Program-made: the position numbers and the translations under genes | Shown here: one piece after another, positions 37,154 through 49,881 of the stretch | How the letters are laid out: every line of letters begins with the position of its first letter | How positions within the stretch are numbered: position 1 is the first letter of the stretch | The notes under the pieces: generated by a model | What the model saw: the letters and a program-made list of their open reading frames with translations, nothing else | Told to the model about the DNA's origin: nothing | Database searches by the model: none | Origin: Octopus sinensis | Lineage: Eukaryota | Length of the DNA: 64,000 nucleotides | Direction of reading: 5' to 3' | Assembly: GCF_006345805.1 (NCBI RefSeq) | Contig: NC_043010.1 | Location: 6,138,001 to 6,202,000, forward strand

Positions 37154-37575
37154 GGATCTTTTCGGTTTGAACGGGAGTTTTTTCTAGCGGTGTCATATGA
37201 AATTGTCACCCATAATTATGACCCTAGTATCGATCTATTGCATTTCAATCTATTTTAGGGTTAGGGTTAGGGTTAGGGGTGGGGGAAAGGGTATCTTTTT
37301 TTTCTTCACAAATGTAAATAAACCCAATCTGTTTCTTAAACGAGGGACATATTCATACAGCACAGAATGTTGTTTACCTCAATAGACGTCATTGATTGAT
37401 TGAAATTGCAGAAATTGAAGAAAAAACAACAAATATCTTACAAACTATAGAATTTTCTCAATAAAGCCAAGAGAAAAAGATGTTTTATAAACACATTCTA
37501 CCAGTATACGAAGTTTAAAATTTTTTAGTTACCTAGAAATTATGTTAAAAACTGCCGTTCAAACCGAAAATATCC
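37154..37575. mobile_element. Merlin-like MITE (422 bp) carrying (TTAGGG)4
   Basis: 29-bp TIRs GGATCTTTTCGGTTTGAACGGGAGTTTTT / AAAAACTGCCGTTCAAACCGAAAATATCC and an 8-bp TSD GGAATAAG (37146-37153, 37576-37583). GG termini with an 8-bp TSD fit the Merlin superfamily. Confidence 0.8.
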
Positions 37576-37976
37576 GGAATAAGTACTAAACTTAAAAGAC
37601 AATAAGTACTAGGATTACTGGGCTTGAATTCACCATGAAGATGGTACTCCAGCATGGCCACAGTCAAATGGCAGAAAGAAATAAAAGAATACAAAATAGA
37701 AGGTACACACACGAACACACATAAGCACGTGTTTTTACATATGTATATAAATGTGTGTATGCAAATATATATAAATTTGCACCAAATATATATAAATATA
37801 TATTCATCATTCTTAAACAATGTTGTCGACAGTGACTTTGAAGGTTCAGTCAGCCAAACTTAGAAGTCACTGTCAACAACATTCTTGTTTAAGAAGAATA
37901 AATTTGTACTCTACAAAAGTATAGAGTAACCCCTCAGGTTAATATAAAATTATTTTCATAATAACTGAACATAGAG

Positions 37977-38141
37977 ATAGGTGCAGGCGTGGCTGTGTGG
38001 TAAGTAGCTTGCTAACCAACCACATGGTTCCGGGTTCAGTCCCACTGCGTGACATCTTGGGCAAGTATCTTCTGCTATAGCCCCGGCCAACCAATGCCTT
38101 GTGAGTGTATTGGTAGACGGAAACTGAAGAAGCCTGTCGTA

Positions 38142-38193
<52 letters not shown>

Positions 38194-38410
38194 GTATGTG
38201 TGTGTGTGTTGTGTGTCTGCGTTTGCCCCCTCATTGCTTGACAACCGATGCTGGTGTGTTTACGTCCCCGTCACTTAGCTTTAGCGGTTCGGCAAAAAGA
38301 GACCGATAGAATAAGTACTGGCTTACAAAGAATAAGTCCCGGGTTCGATTTGCTCGACTAAAGGCGGTGCTCCAGCATGGCCGCAATCAAATGACTGAAA
38401 CAAGTAAAAA
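37977..38410 (+). mobile_element. SINE family A
   Basis: Full-length copy. Confidence 0.85.
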
Positions 38411-38985
38411 CAAAAACAAAAAGAAACAAATATCAATATATATAATATATATATGTACTTCTATACATTTATGTTTGTACACATATACATATACCTGTAT
38501 ATATAGGTGTATGTATACATACAAAAATATATATGTACATGTGTGTATATGTATGCATGTATGTATGTATGTATTTATTCATAAAAACGGAATGGGAGGT
38601 ATGAAAAAATATTTACAAAGTGAGAAAATAAACCCAGGTTATCTTATCATAAGCGTAAGTGTTATCTTCCGCTCACATCTTCCCAGATGTTTCAGAGGGG
38701 GTAATCTACCTTTAATTTGTTTTGTTTTTTTTGTTGTTTTCTTTATCTTTTCATATTTCATTTTCTGTTATGAGACTTTAAAAACTTTCCCATTTTCTTA
38801 TATATTGCAAGCTGCCTATGAAAAAGGGGCCAAGTCAGCTGAATATAATAGTCACTCACACAATGCTGACCTCTTTTGTATAAATCTCTTAATAACTGAA
38901 GCTTAGAAGAAAAATACCAGATCTACCTCATTGCATTAAAACAAATAAATATGTTTAGATATTATCATTGTTAGTAATAATGATG

Positions 38986-39610
38986 ATGAAGAGGATGGTT
39001 ATCAATGATTGATGTATGCAATGAATATATATAACAATGATGACACAACATACACACATATGCATCACGTGTATGTCATCATCTCTATTTATATAACTTT
39101 ATATATGTATGCATACATGTATGCATGTATGTATGCATTCATGCATACATATGCATGCATGTATATATGTATACATTCATGTATACACACATGTATACAT
39201 ACATATGTATACATATGTGTGGACATATATACCTATATATATATGTAGCTATATGCATACACATACAAATATATGAACATGCATGTATGTATGTATGCAT
39301 GAAGAGGATGGTTATCAATGATTGATGTATGCAATGAATATATATAATGATGATGACACAACATACACACATATACATCATATGTATGTCATCATCTCTA
39401 TTTATATATTTTCATGTATGTATGCATGTATATATGTATGCATGTATATATGTATACACACATGTATACATACCTATGTATACATGTGTGGACATATACC
39501 TATATATATGTAGGTATATGCATACACATACAAAGATATAAACATGCATGTACATGTATGTATGTATGTATGTATGTATGTATGTATGTATGTATGTATA
39601 TATGCAAGTA
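38986..39610. repeat. Tandem duplication, unit about 313 bp, ATGT-rich
   Basis: atgaagaggatggttatcaatgattg... starts at 38986 and again at 39299. Confidence 0.75.
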
Positions 39611-40141
39611 TGTATGTATGTATGTATGTATGTATGTATGTATGTATGTATGTGTGTTTTGTTATGGTTGGGCAAAAATTGTAGAGTACAAAGTTATTAT
39701 CCTTAAACAAAAATGTTGATAGTGACTTCGAAATTTAGCTGGTTGAAACTTTACATTTATCAACACAACTCACAACACAAATATATATGTATATATGTAT
39801 ACATATATACACACACATATATATATATATATGTATTTATATACACACATACACATGCATATATACACTCACACACATGTGCAAAAACATCGTGTGTATA
39901 TGTACATATTTGTCTGTGTGTGTGTGTGTGTGATTGTGTCTGTGCTTGTGTAGAATTACGATAAAAGTTTTTGGGATGTTAACTGAGTTGACCAATTTTT
40001 TTTCCCTTTTGTTCATTCATGGAAAATACACAAAGAAAATGTGAATCATTGAAAAAGTATATAAATAATTACAATGCAAAATATCTATTTTATAAGAAGT
40101 TTGACGAGAAGGGAACAAAGAGAAAAAGTATTTTCACTTAC

Positions 40142-40300
40142 AAAACAGAGAGGCAGGCCAGGACGTTCGATGTGTTGACAAAAGTTCTTGTCTGCTGCTG
40201 AACTGAAGAGAGTCTTAAATGCTGTTATTGGAGGCTGTGGGAGTTGTTTTGCCTTTGTCTGCGAGGAAGAGAGAGTGACTGGCTGGCTTCTTTTAGAAAT
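40142..40300 (-). other. Candidate non-coding 5' leader exon of the central protocadherin
   Basis: Donor TTT|GTAAGT (GT at 40141-40140) at the edge of a unique, GC-richer island. A G-rich segment and CGGAAATACAGCC lie upstream. It would give an intron of about 13.5 kb to the acceptor at 26624. The 5' boundary is a guess. Confidence 0.4.
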
Positions 40301-40904
40301 GTGGTGTATGTGTGTATGTGTGTGTGTTTGTGTGCGTGAAGAGTACGAGAGAGAGTGAAGTATTTTTAAGTGAATGTGTATGAGGGCAGGTTTTGCATGT
40401 GCGTGTGCGTGCGCGCGTGTGTGTGTGCGTGCGCGCGTGTGTGTGTGCGTGCGCGTGTGCTGGGTGGGGGTGGGGGTCCCAACGGCAGAGCTGCCGAAGC
40501 TTGTATGATGATAAAAAAAAAACCCCTCCAATAAATATGGATAAATACATATATGCGTGTGAGTGTGTGTCTGTGTGTGTGTGTGAGTGTGCGTGTGAGT
40601 GTGTGTGTGCGTGTGTGTGCGTGTGAATGTGTGAGTGTGTGCGAGTGTGTGTGTGTGTGTCAGTGTGTGTGAGTGTGTGTGTGTGAGTGTGTGTGTGAGA
40701 GTGTGTGTGTGAGTGTGTGAATGTGTGTGTGTGTGAGAGTGTGTGTGTGAGAGTGTGCGTGTGTGTGTGCGTGTGCGTGTGTGTGTTAGAGTGTGTGTTA
40801 GTGTGTGAGAGTGTGTGTGTGTGTGTTAAATACAGTAATGATGGTGGAGTTTTGGGGGTTTAGAGTAGTGAGGCTATAGGGTGGGGGTTAGTGGGTGGGG
40901 TGGG

Positions 40905-40917
40905 CGGAAATACAGCC
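40905..40917. promoter_or_regulatory. Candidate protocadherin promoter motif CGGAAATACAGCC (copy 2)
   Basis: Identical to 3274-3286; adjacent to a GC-box-like gggtggggtgggcgg. Confidence 0.35.
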
Positions 40918-41244
40918 CCTGATGCCTTTAGCAGGCAATTAGATTTTTCAGTGAGAATGAGTCATCGTGTTTTGGTCCAGAACCATACACCTGCATTGTA
41001 TGTCATCATCTCTATATCAAGAGTCGAACAGTTTAGGCTGAAGACAAAATATCATAGTAACATAAACGAAATAATAATTTAAAAAAAAAGGAAGAAGAAT
41101 TATATTAAATAAATAAATAAATAAATAATTCCTATTAATGGCTACAGATTTTTACTCATATTATATTGTTCTTATAATGAATAAATGAAAAATATTTAAG
41201 GAATATTCTGGAAAACTAAAACGAAATAATATTAATTATAAAAA

Positions 41245-42088
41245 AAAACAATTGTCTTGAAATAAAAGAATATATTTTGGTTCTTTTAGAATTGATCCAA
41301 ATGTCAGGATTCATTTTTGATTGTCTCGTCAGGAAGTTAATTTGCATTGTATTTGTATTCATGTATTTCTTTATTTTCTTTTTTTTCTTTGTCGTAAATT
41401 AAAATGTTTGTCTGAAATCCCAGTATGACCATAACAGTATTGTTCCAATTAGCTTAAATAGGTTATAATAATTAAAGCTATCCCAGTATAACAAAATCAA
41501 AATGGAAAAAAATATTTATTCAGGTCCTGCTGAAGAACATTTATTTGAAAAGTTGGGTATTTTATTCATTTTTTTTTTTGTATACTTGAATATAATATGA
41601 ATAAAAACTTAAAATTCAATAAAAAGATTATATATTACATATTTTTTTCTTTAAGTGTCCGATTCTTCAAAACAATTGTCTTGAAATAAAAGAATTATTT
41701 TGGTTCTTTTAGAATTGATCCAAATGTCAGGATTCATTTTTTATTGTCTCGTCAGGAAGTTAATTTGCATTGTATTTGTATTCATGTATTTCTTTTTTTT
41801 TCTTTTTTTTCTTGTCGTAAATAAAATGTTTGTCTGAAATCCCAGTATGACCATAACAGTATTGTTCCCATTAGCTTAAATAGGTTATAATAATTAAAGC
41901 TATCCCGTTATAACAAATCAAAATGGAAAAATATTTATTCAGGTCCTGCTGAAGAACATTTATTTGAAAAGTTGGGTATTTTATTCATTTTTTTTTTTGT
42001 ATACTTGAATATAATATGAATAAAAACTTAAAATTCAATAAAAGATTATATTTACATATTTTTTTTTCTTTTAAGTGTCCTATTCTTC
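41245..42088. repeat. Tandem duplication of a unit of about 424 bp
   Basis: Units start at 41245 and 41669; differences are mostly homopolymer-length indels. Confidence 0.85.
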
Positions 42089-43380
42089 ATATATTTTCAC
42101 CATCTTATACAAAATATTGGAGAGAAAAAGAGGAATTCTGCAATTAGTGTTAAAACAAAATATCTAATGTGTCTACTGTTAGTATAAATATAAGTTTGGT
42201 AGAATATTTCCTGTTTCATTCTGGGTATTTATCTAAAGACAGCTGACCAAAGTAGAATCTCAACAGCATGAACTAATTAACCATGCTTATTGCTGTTCTA
42301 ATATCCAAGTTTTAATCAAGTGAAATGGTTTCTAAGCAATCCAATATTTAAGCTGATTATTTAAAATTTTTTATGTTTGAAGAATTATGTCTCAAAAGGA
42401 TTTTTAATCTTTGGTTTATAATTCTGTCTCATTATGTTAATGATATTAATTATAAAATAAATATTGGTTCATAGTTGCTTTATACCGGTATCTATATGCT
42501 ATATAGAACACATACCCTTCCCCGAGAAAGGCTTGTTTAGCTTAATGTTTAAATACAAAGTCCCAAAAGATTCCTGATAAAACCACAAACTGGAGTCTAT
42601 GTTTATTTATTTATGCTTTGTTTGCAGTTCTTATCTAGTCTTATACACAAGGGAAAACTCCCCAAAAGATTCAAATTTAATTGAAATAAAATATATATAA
42701 ATACATAGCAAGATGAGTCGGTGTTAAACATTTGCTCAGCATTGATCAAAGGATCTTATAATCAAATCCATTCTAGCCGTGACCATCATGTCTTTTATTT
42801 CAGTTTATCTAGAAGTATGTGTCCTCTTGTGGTAGGGGTGTGATCTGCAGAAAATTTATCTGCTATTTCTAGCAGTTTGAGCAACTACATAGAGAGTCTC
42901 TTGAAAAGTTGATAGTGGTATAACATTGGAGAGAAAAGATGGTTAAACTGATTTGGTAGCCAGACAACGAACTTGTTGAGAAGCCTGCATTTATATTCTA
43001 TAACCAGCTTTGCATCTGCTTGTCCATGACTAAGGCACTTAACCCACTAAGACTGAGTCCGTAAGTCTTTATGTAAGTATGATGGTCAATATAACAGACC
43101 AGTCTAGATAATAGCAACGTTGTGGAATTGAAGAGGGACCTACTGGCTTATAGTGTTATCTACAGTTACTCCTGTGAGTAAAAGTTGTCTATGACAGACC
43201 AAGATCATAATAAAGGGGAAAGTTATCCCTCCTCCAAACACTAGCAAAATAAAGTAAACACTAGCCTTTTGATTCAGTAAAGCATGACGACACATTGAGA
43301 GGTGTACTTAGTAGACGCATAAGGGATATTTGTTCTCTTACGTAATGGCTCATACTATGTTACCCGATTGTACTATATAC

Positions 43381-43594
43381 TCTTTACTCTCTCTTTTACT
43401 TGTTTCAGTCATTTGACTGCGTCCATGCTGGAGCACCGCCTTTAGTCGAGCAAATCGACCCCCGGGACTTATTCTTTGTAAGCCCAGTACTTATTCTATC
43501 GGTCTCTTTTTTGCCGAACCGCTAAGTGACGGGGACGTAAACACACCAGCGTCAGTTGTCAAGCAATGCTAGGGGGACAAACACAGACACACAA

Positions 43595-43627
<33 letters not shown>

Positions 43628-43820
43628 CATATATACGACAGGCTTCTTTCAGTTTCCGTCTACCAAATCCACTCACAAGGCATTGGTCGGCCCGGGGCTA
43701 TAGCAGAAGACACTTGCCCAAGATGCCCCGCAGTGGGACTGAACCCGGAACCATGTGGTTGGTTAGCAAGCTACTTACCACACAGCCACTCCTGTGCCTA
43801 TTGGCCACTCCTGCGCCTAT
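43381..43820 (-). mobile_element. SINE family A with duplicated 5' end
   Basis: Full-length copy; the head gccactcctg(t/c)gcctat occurs twice. Confidence 0.85.
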
Positions 43821-45519
43821 AATAATATATCCTGTCCAAACTGACTTTATCCTCACTGGCTTAATTCACAGAACAGCAACAGCAACACTATGAAGAAGTA
43901 CTTCTTTAAAACACTTTTCATTTCGACCTGCCTGAGTTTGCCAAAAGTTCTATGACACAAAATTGTTCATTTACCAGTGTTTATATTTAAATAAAAATAT
44001 TTCTTTACAATTTTATATTAGTTATGGTGTAAACACCAGCTTGGATAATAAAGGAATTAATAATTTCTACTTAAGCATTTCAAATTTTTGATTATGGAAA
44101 CACATGCACATGAGAACTATGGTTATGTAAGAATTGAATCTACAAACTTCTGGGAGTGCAGTCAGTATAATTGCCAAGTTTAGTCCATAAGGGACTGCTT
44201 TGAATAAAACAGTAGCACCATGATACAGCTGCTATCACTCTTGAGTAAGTGTAACTTGGTAAGGTGGACCATGCTGTTATTAACTGTTGTGCTGGTGGCA
44301 CGTAAAAAGCATCATCTGACCATGGCCGATGCCAGCTCCGCCTTGACTGGCTTCTGTGCCAGTGGCACGTAAAAAGCACCAACTGATCGTGGCCGTTGCC
44401 AGCGCCGCCTTGACTGGCTACCGTGCCGGTGGCACGTAAAAAGCACCCACTACACTAACGGAGTGGTTGACGTTAGGAAGGGCATCCAGCTGTAGAAACA
44501 CTGCCTGATCAGACTAGAGCCTGGTGCAGCCTTCTGGCTTCCCAGACTCCAGTCAAACCGTCCAACCCATGCTAGCATGGAAAACGGACGTTAAACGATG
44601 ATAATGTAGCTACAAGCAGACATAGACAACATCTCATGTCTCTCTCATCTTTGACCTCAGCGGAACATTCAGGGTGTGATAGCTAGAGGGAGTGAGGACT
44701 GCACCAGTATCTGGCTTGCACTAATAACAGCTGCATAGCCTGCAATAATGTGAAATGAAGCATCTTGCTCAAGGGTTTGAATTAAACCCACAACCTTATT
44801 ATTATGAGCTGAAACATCTTAACCACTAAGGACACACACTCCTCTGATGGAAAGACTATTGGAGCCCTTATCTTCATTACACTTATCCCCAGTTAACGTT
44901 TTCAGAGAAATGAGCCCTGTGAGGTGGAGTGGCTGTTGCAATGAGTATCGCTGGCCATGGGGCACAGCTGAGTGCACCATTTGTTCTGGGGTATATGGCC
45001 CATCGTTCCCTCCCCTCCTATCTTCAGCCATGAACTAGCACAGTTTTTATCATAGTAAGCCACAACAGATGAATAATAATCTTTTTACTCGAAGAAGACT
45101 GCATCATCATTATAAGAAATACCAAAAAATGTATCATCAATATGTATTCTAAATAATAGTTCTTGCATTAATTTTCTCTAACGAAGCACTTTGAGAATTT
45201 CAAGCAGTTTTTCTTGACTATTTTCAGCTTATATTGAAAAAAAAAAAAAAAAATTACATGTTTATTTATTTTAATACTTAGTTAATGAACACTAAACGAA
45301 CCATATGCAAACGATAAAAAAGAAATCTCAGGATATAAAATTCAGGAAACCCCAGAACTGCTTTTTAAATATCCGTACAAAAATATTATTATTATTGTTG
45401 TTGCTGTTGTTGTTGCTATTATTCCAGGGTTGATTATACAAAATTATCAGTCAAGTACTAGGATCAATATACTTGACAAACACCTCCCTCAAATTTTTAA
45501 CTATGTGCCAATGTTAGAA

Positions 45520-45559
45520 ATCATCATCCTCATTATTATCATTATTATTATTGTTATTA

Positions 45560-45633
<74 letters not shown>

Positions 45634-45940
45634 ATTATTATTATTATTGAGTGAGAGAGCAGTACATGCCATCAAAGTGACACTGGGGTAGAATATACAA
45701 AGCCCAGTATATATACCAATCATGACTACCTGTCTGATAAGTGTACACCAGGTACATGCATCACAACCAGATGTGCATGACTTGGTGATTTCAAATCAAG
45801 ATAAACAACACATGACCTTGCAGGTGGGGGCCCGAGTTAGAATTGTCTTCAGGTCAAGTAGCCTGCCCTGCACAATAGGTCCCGGAATAAGGGTTGTTTA
45901 AGGATGTTGAATGAAACACCCATGTTTTCAGAGGTAATAT
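45520..45940 (-). mobile_element. Probable retroelement 3' end with an (AAT)n/(AAC)n tail
   Basis: About 290 bp of mixed sequence abutting a long trinucleotide array; family not identifiable from sequence alone. Confidence 0.35.
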
Positions 45941-46172
45941 CATCATCACCATCAGCATCATCATCATCATCATTGCTTTTGATTGTTATACTTAATTTTC
46001 AGCTCTTTTCCTTATTTGTTTTATATTTTTCATGGCAGAAGGCTCCTTTAAATTTTGTCATTGTAAATGAAATTTTGGAGCAAAAAAAAAGGATTCTTAT
46101 AACTGGTTTCTCTTTATAAGCACCAAATATTTTGTAGTCATTCCAGTTTTCATAATGCTGTAGTAGTGGTAC

Positions 46173-46229
<57 letters not shown>

Positions 46230-47212
46230 CAGCAGCAGCAGTAGCAACAGCAGCAGTAGCAGCAGTCTCGATTGAGGAAGCATAACTTCAAAATCATTAC
46301 AGCCAGGACCTTCCCATCTCTCAAGAGTTATCTAGAAATATATTATTTGATGGATTCTTTCTTTTTGCTTTTCAAAAATGCTAGGCAGTAGTTTGAGGAA
46401 ACTTTATTGCATGACCACATAGACGTTCCTGGCTGCTATATTTAGCAGGTCTGGCAACCATGAATAGGGTGAGAAAAAAAAACCTTTCTGAGTCAAAGAC
46501 TCAAAGGGGCATTTTTCTGGTTTTTGTGGCGTATATATTACCCTTGTACAAACTTGGCTTATCAAGGGATCTATAGCTACATCATGATACCCGCAAAGTA
46601 TGTTGAGAAATATCAATTAAAAGTTTAGTTTTGATGACTGAATATATTAGCTTTTTGTGATGCTGATCCATCCATCTGTCTATTGCAGGATTATTCATTT
46701 TTGCCAGCTGAGTGGTGTACTGGAGCAATGTGAAATGAAGTGCTTGCTCAAGAACACAATTCATTGCCCGATCCAGGAATCAAGACTACAATACATTCGT
46801 GAGTCTCGTACCCCAACCACTAAGTCTGCATCTCCATGAATAGACTACCTTGTTAGCTTGTTATTATTTAAGTTATTCAGGTATATGATACTCAAGAAGA
46901 CCTGTCATCCACAGCAGAAATGTTAAGGTCGCATCCCCTGGTGAAGAGCATTGTCCCGCAAGAGTCCTATGCTGGTGCCACATAAAGTGTGCTTGTGCTG
47001 GAGCCTCATAAAAACCACTCATGCTGGTGCCATGTAAAAGCCAGTGGTATGTTTAAAAGCACTCAGCACACACTGTAAAGTGGCTGGCATCAGGAAAGGC
47101 ATAAAGCCATAGAAACCAAGCCAAATCAGAACGGAACCTGGTGCAGCTGGCTAGCTTACCAGCTCTGGTCGAAATGTTCAACCTATTCCAGCATGGAAAA
47201 TGGACATTAAAA

Positions 47213-47432
47213 CCCTTTCGTTACCAACCCGGCTGAAACCAGCTCTGGCTCTGAGTACAAATGTCTTGTTTTCATAAGTTTTTAATTAAAATTTTCCACT
47301 AAACCTTAGTCACAATTTATGTTCCTAACACTGGCTGAATGATAACTAAGTTATTTTACTAAATTCTTTGTTATATTTAAAGTAATTGAAAGAAACACAG
47401 AGCATCTCAAAATAAATACAGTAACGAAAGGG
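47213..47432. mobile_element. piggyBac-like MITE, second copy
   Basis: Inverted homologue of 34530-34750; TTAA at 47433-47436. Confidence 0.8.
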
Positions 47433-48224
47433 TTAACCCATATATGCCCATAAAAATAAAGAAGTCTTAAAATTCCACTGTATTTAGATTAAACATTATG
47501 GTAGGCTTTCACAATCTGGAAAAGAAGGACAGCATGCAACTGTTAGCTACGGGTGTCGACTGCCTAATGAGCATTGCTTCCCGGTGAGTTCATGTCCAAA
47601 GAAGTAGGAGCAGGTTTTACATTGTGAAAATGCAAAAAGGGGTATATATGCTGATGAAGGATGGTAATGAGGATGATGATATTTTAATATGGAGAAATAT
47701 TCATTTGTTTTTTTGTTTTTTTTAAATAGTCATTAGGCACTAAAAGAATAAGGTGAAATCATGTCGTTTGCATTTTTTTAAAGAGCAGCATAAAAGAATA
47801 GAATTGGCACCAAACCAAGAAATGCTGACCACAATGTACAAACTTGGTTTATCGTGGGATCTTATAGCCACTTCATGATTCCCCCAAAGTATGTTGAGAA
47901 ATATCAATTAAAAGTTTTGTTTTGATGACTGAATATATTAGCTTTTGTGATGATGATATAAAAATGGGTATATGGGTGTGTGTGTGTGTACATGTATACA
48001 CACATAGATACATACTTACATATATACTTACATATGTACATATATATATATGTATGTGTCTGTGTGTATGTTTATATGTTAGGGCTATATATACAAGCAA
48101 TGCATATGAGTGATATATATATATATATTTAATGGTGATATACTTGATGATTGTAAGCACCTGTATATGCCAGCTAGTGGTGTAGGTGATAGGATATATT
48201 TATGTCTTTGGTGTGGTAATTGTG

Positions 48225-48313
48225 TGCGGCTGAAGAAGGCTGTTGACCTACATGTTATATCAATTATACATTGATATAAATTGTTCAATAAAGCCAGAAA
48301 CATATGTACCGCA
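48225..48313 (+). ncRNA. Minimal type I hammerhead ribozyme (Penelope/retrozyme-like)
   Basis: Stem I tgcgg/ccgca; CTGAAGA 48230-48236; long stem II (ggct/agcc, gttga/tcaat, ttatatcaat/attgatataa); GAAA 48297-48300; palindromic stem III ACATATGT; GUA cleavage triplet ending at 48308. Confidence 0.7.
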
Positions 48314-48348
48314 AAACCCTTTGCATCCTGTTTTTCTTTTAATGGTAA

Positions 48349-48380
<32 letters not shown>

Positions 48381-49279
48381 AATATATATTATATATATAT
48401 ATATATTATATATATATATGTGTGTGTGTGTGTCATTATTTAGTTTTGTATGTTTGTATGTATATATGTATGTGTGTTTGAGAGTAATATATGCTTAGTG
48501 ATGATATTAAAAGGGGTACTACATATGTGGTGGTAATACATGTAAGTGGCATATATTAAGTGAAGATATAAAAAGGGGTACTATATATTTGGTGATTATA
48601 TACATATAGATATAAGTGACATATGCTTAGTGGTGGAATATATCGATATATAATAAGAGTGATACGTATTTGGTGGTTATATATAGATATACATAAGTGA
48701 TATATATATATATATATATATGTGTGATTTTAGGTAACAGTTTAGTTGAATAATGGTCTAAAATATATTGGAGGCAACCACTGTAGTTAATATTTGACTA
48801 TTAAGATACAACTGACGGGTCTTTCACTAAATGAACATAATGAATATAGAACCCCATTTTAGGGAACAGTAATTAGGCACCATAATTTTAAAAGGAAAAA
48901 AATCCTTATCAAATGTTAATTAGTATGACTTATTGGCTATTGTTTATTGGATGAAGATTTACTATGATTGGGCAGACATTGGAGGGATTTCAATGTAAAT
49001 GAGTATAAAAATATTTCATTATATTAGAATTGTCAGATATAAAAAAAAAAAAATTAAGAGAAATTTTATACTGAATCAAGAAATGTACTATGAATATAAA
49101 GTGTTTGTGTGTGTGTGTGTGTGTATGTGTGCATGTGTGTGTGTGCGTATGTGCATGCGCATGTGTGTGTGTGTGTGTGTGTGTTTTGGATATTTACATG
49201 CATGAGTATATGAGGAAATAAAGGAGTAAATATTGAATAAAACATACCAGGTATACCAGGTATATATATATATATATAC

Positions 49280-49322
<43 letters not shown>

Positions 49323-49542
49323 TGCACACATATATGTATATGTATATTTGTACAGTATGTTTTTGTATATAGGTTTTTTTCTTTGTGTTCAAATCTGTGT
49401 ATTATATATTAAGAATGAAATTCAAACTTCTGAGTCAAAGATACAGACCCTCAATAGAGTTCAAATTCTATATTCAATATACAAAAATAATAAAAATCAC
49501 ATGATTTGAGTGGATGTTTTGAAGCATTGAGCCTTTTATATA

Positions 49543-49753
49543 CAAGGTGTTCATAAATTATTTTTACAACTTCCACAATTTATCACTTAGATGTGTTGTA
49601 TGCAACTAATAGAGCACCTGTGGAAGTGTTATTATATTTTCAATAAAATTTTATTTGTTTGCCTATGCTTTCCAATAAACTCTGCTGAGTTATCCTTATT
49701 TTTCATTTTTTACTGAATTTTTTAAATTGTAAAGATAATTTATGAACACCATG
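49543..49753. mobile_element. Tc1/mariner-type MITE in the 3'UTR region of the upstream protocadherin
   Basis: TA|CAAGGTGTTCATAAATTA ... TAATTTATGAACACCATG|TA. Confidence 0.75.
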
Positions 49754-49881
49754 TATTATATTACCATAGGTAATTCTCTCATTCGATATAAAGGTTTGCA
49801 ATACTGAAATGTGTCACATCCTGGTCGTAATGTATAAATTTAAATTTCTTAATGGAACTTTTATGTGTGTAGTTCCATAAG

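Noticed and set aside
44819-45038. GC-richer island with overlapping 63- and 70-aa ORFs
   Set aside because: No recognisable domain or splice signals; probably an old TE fragment.
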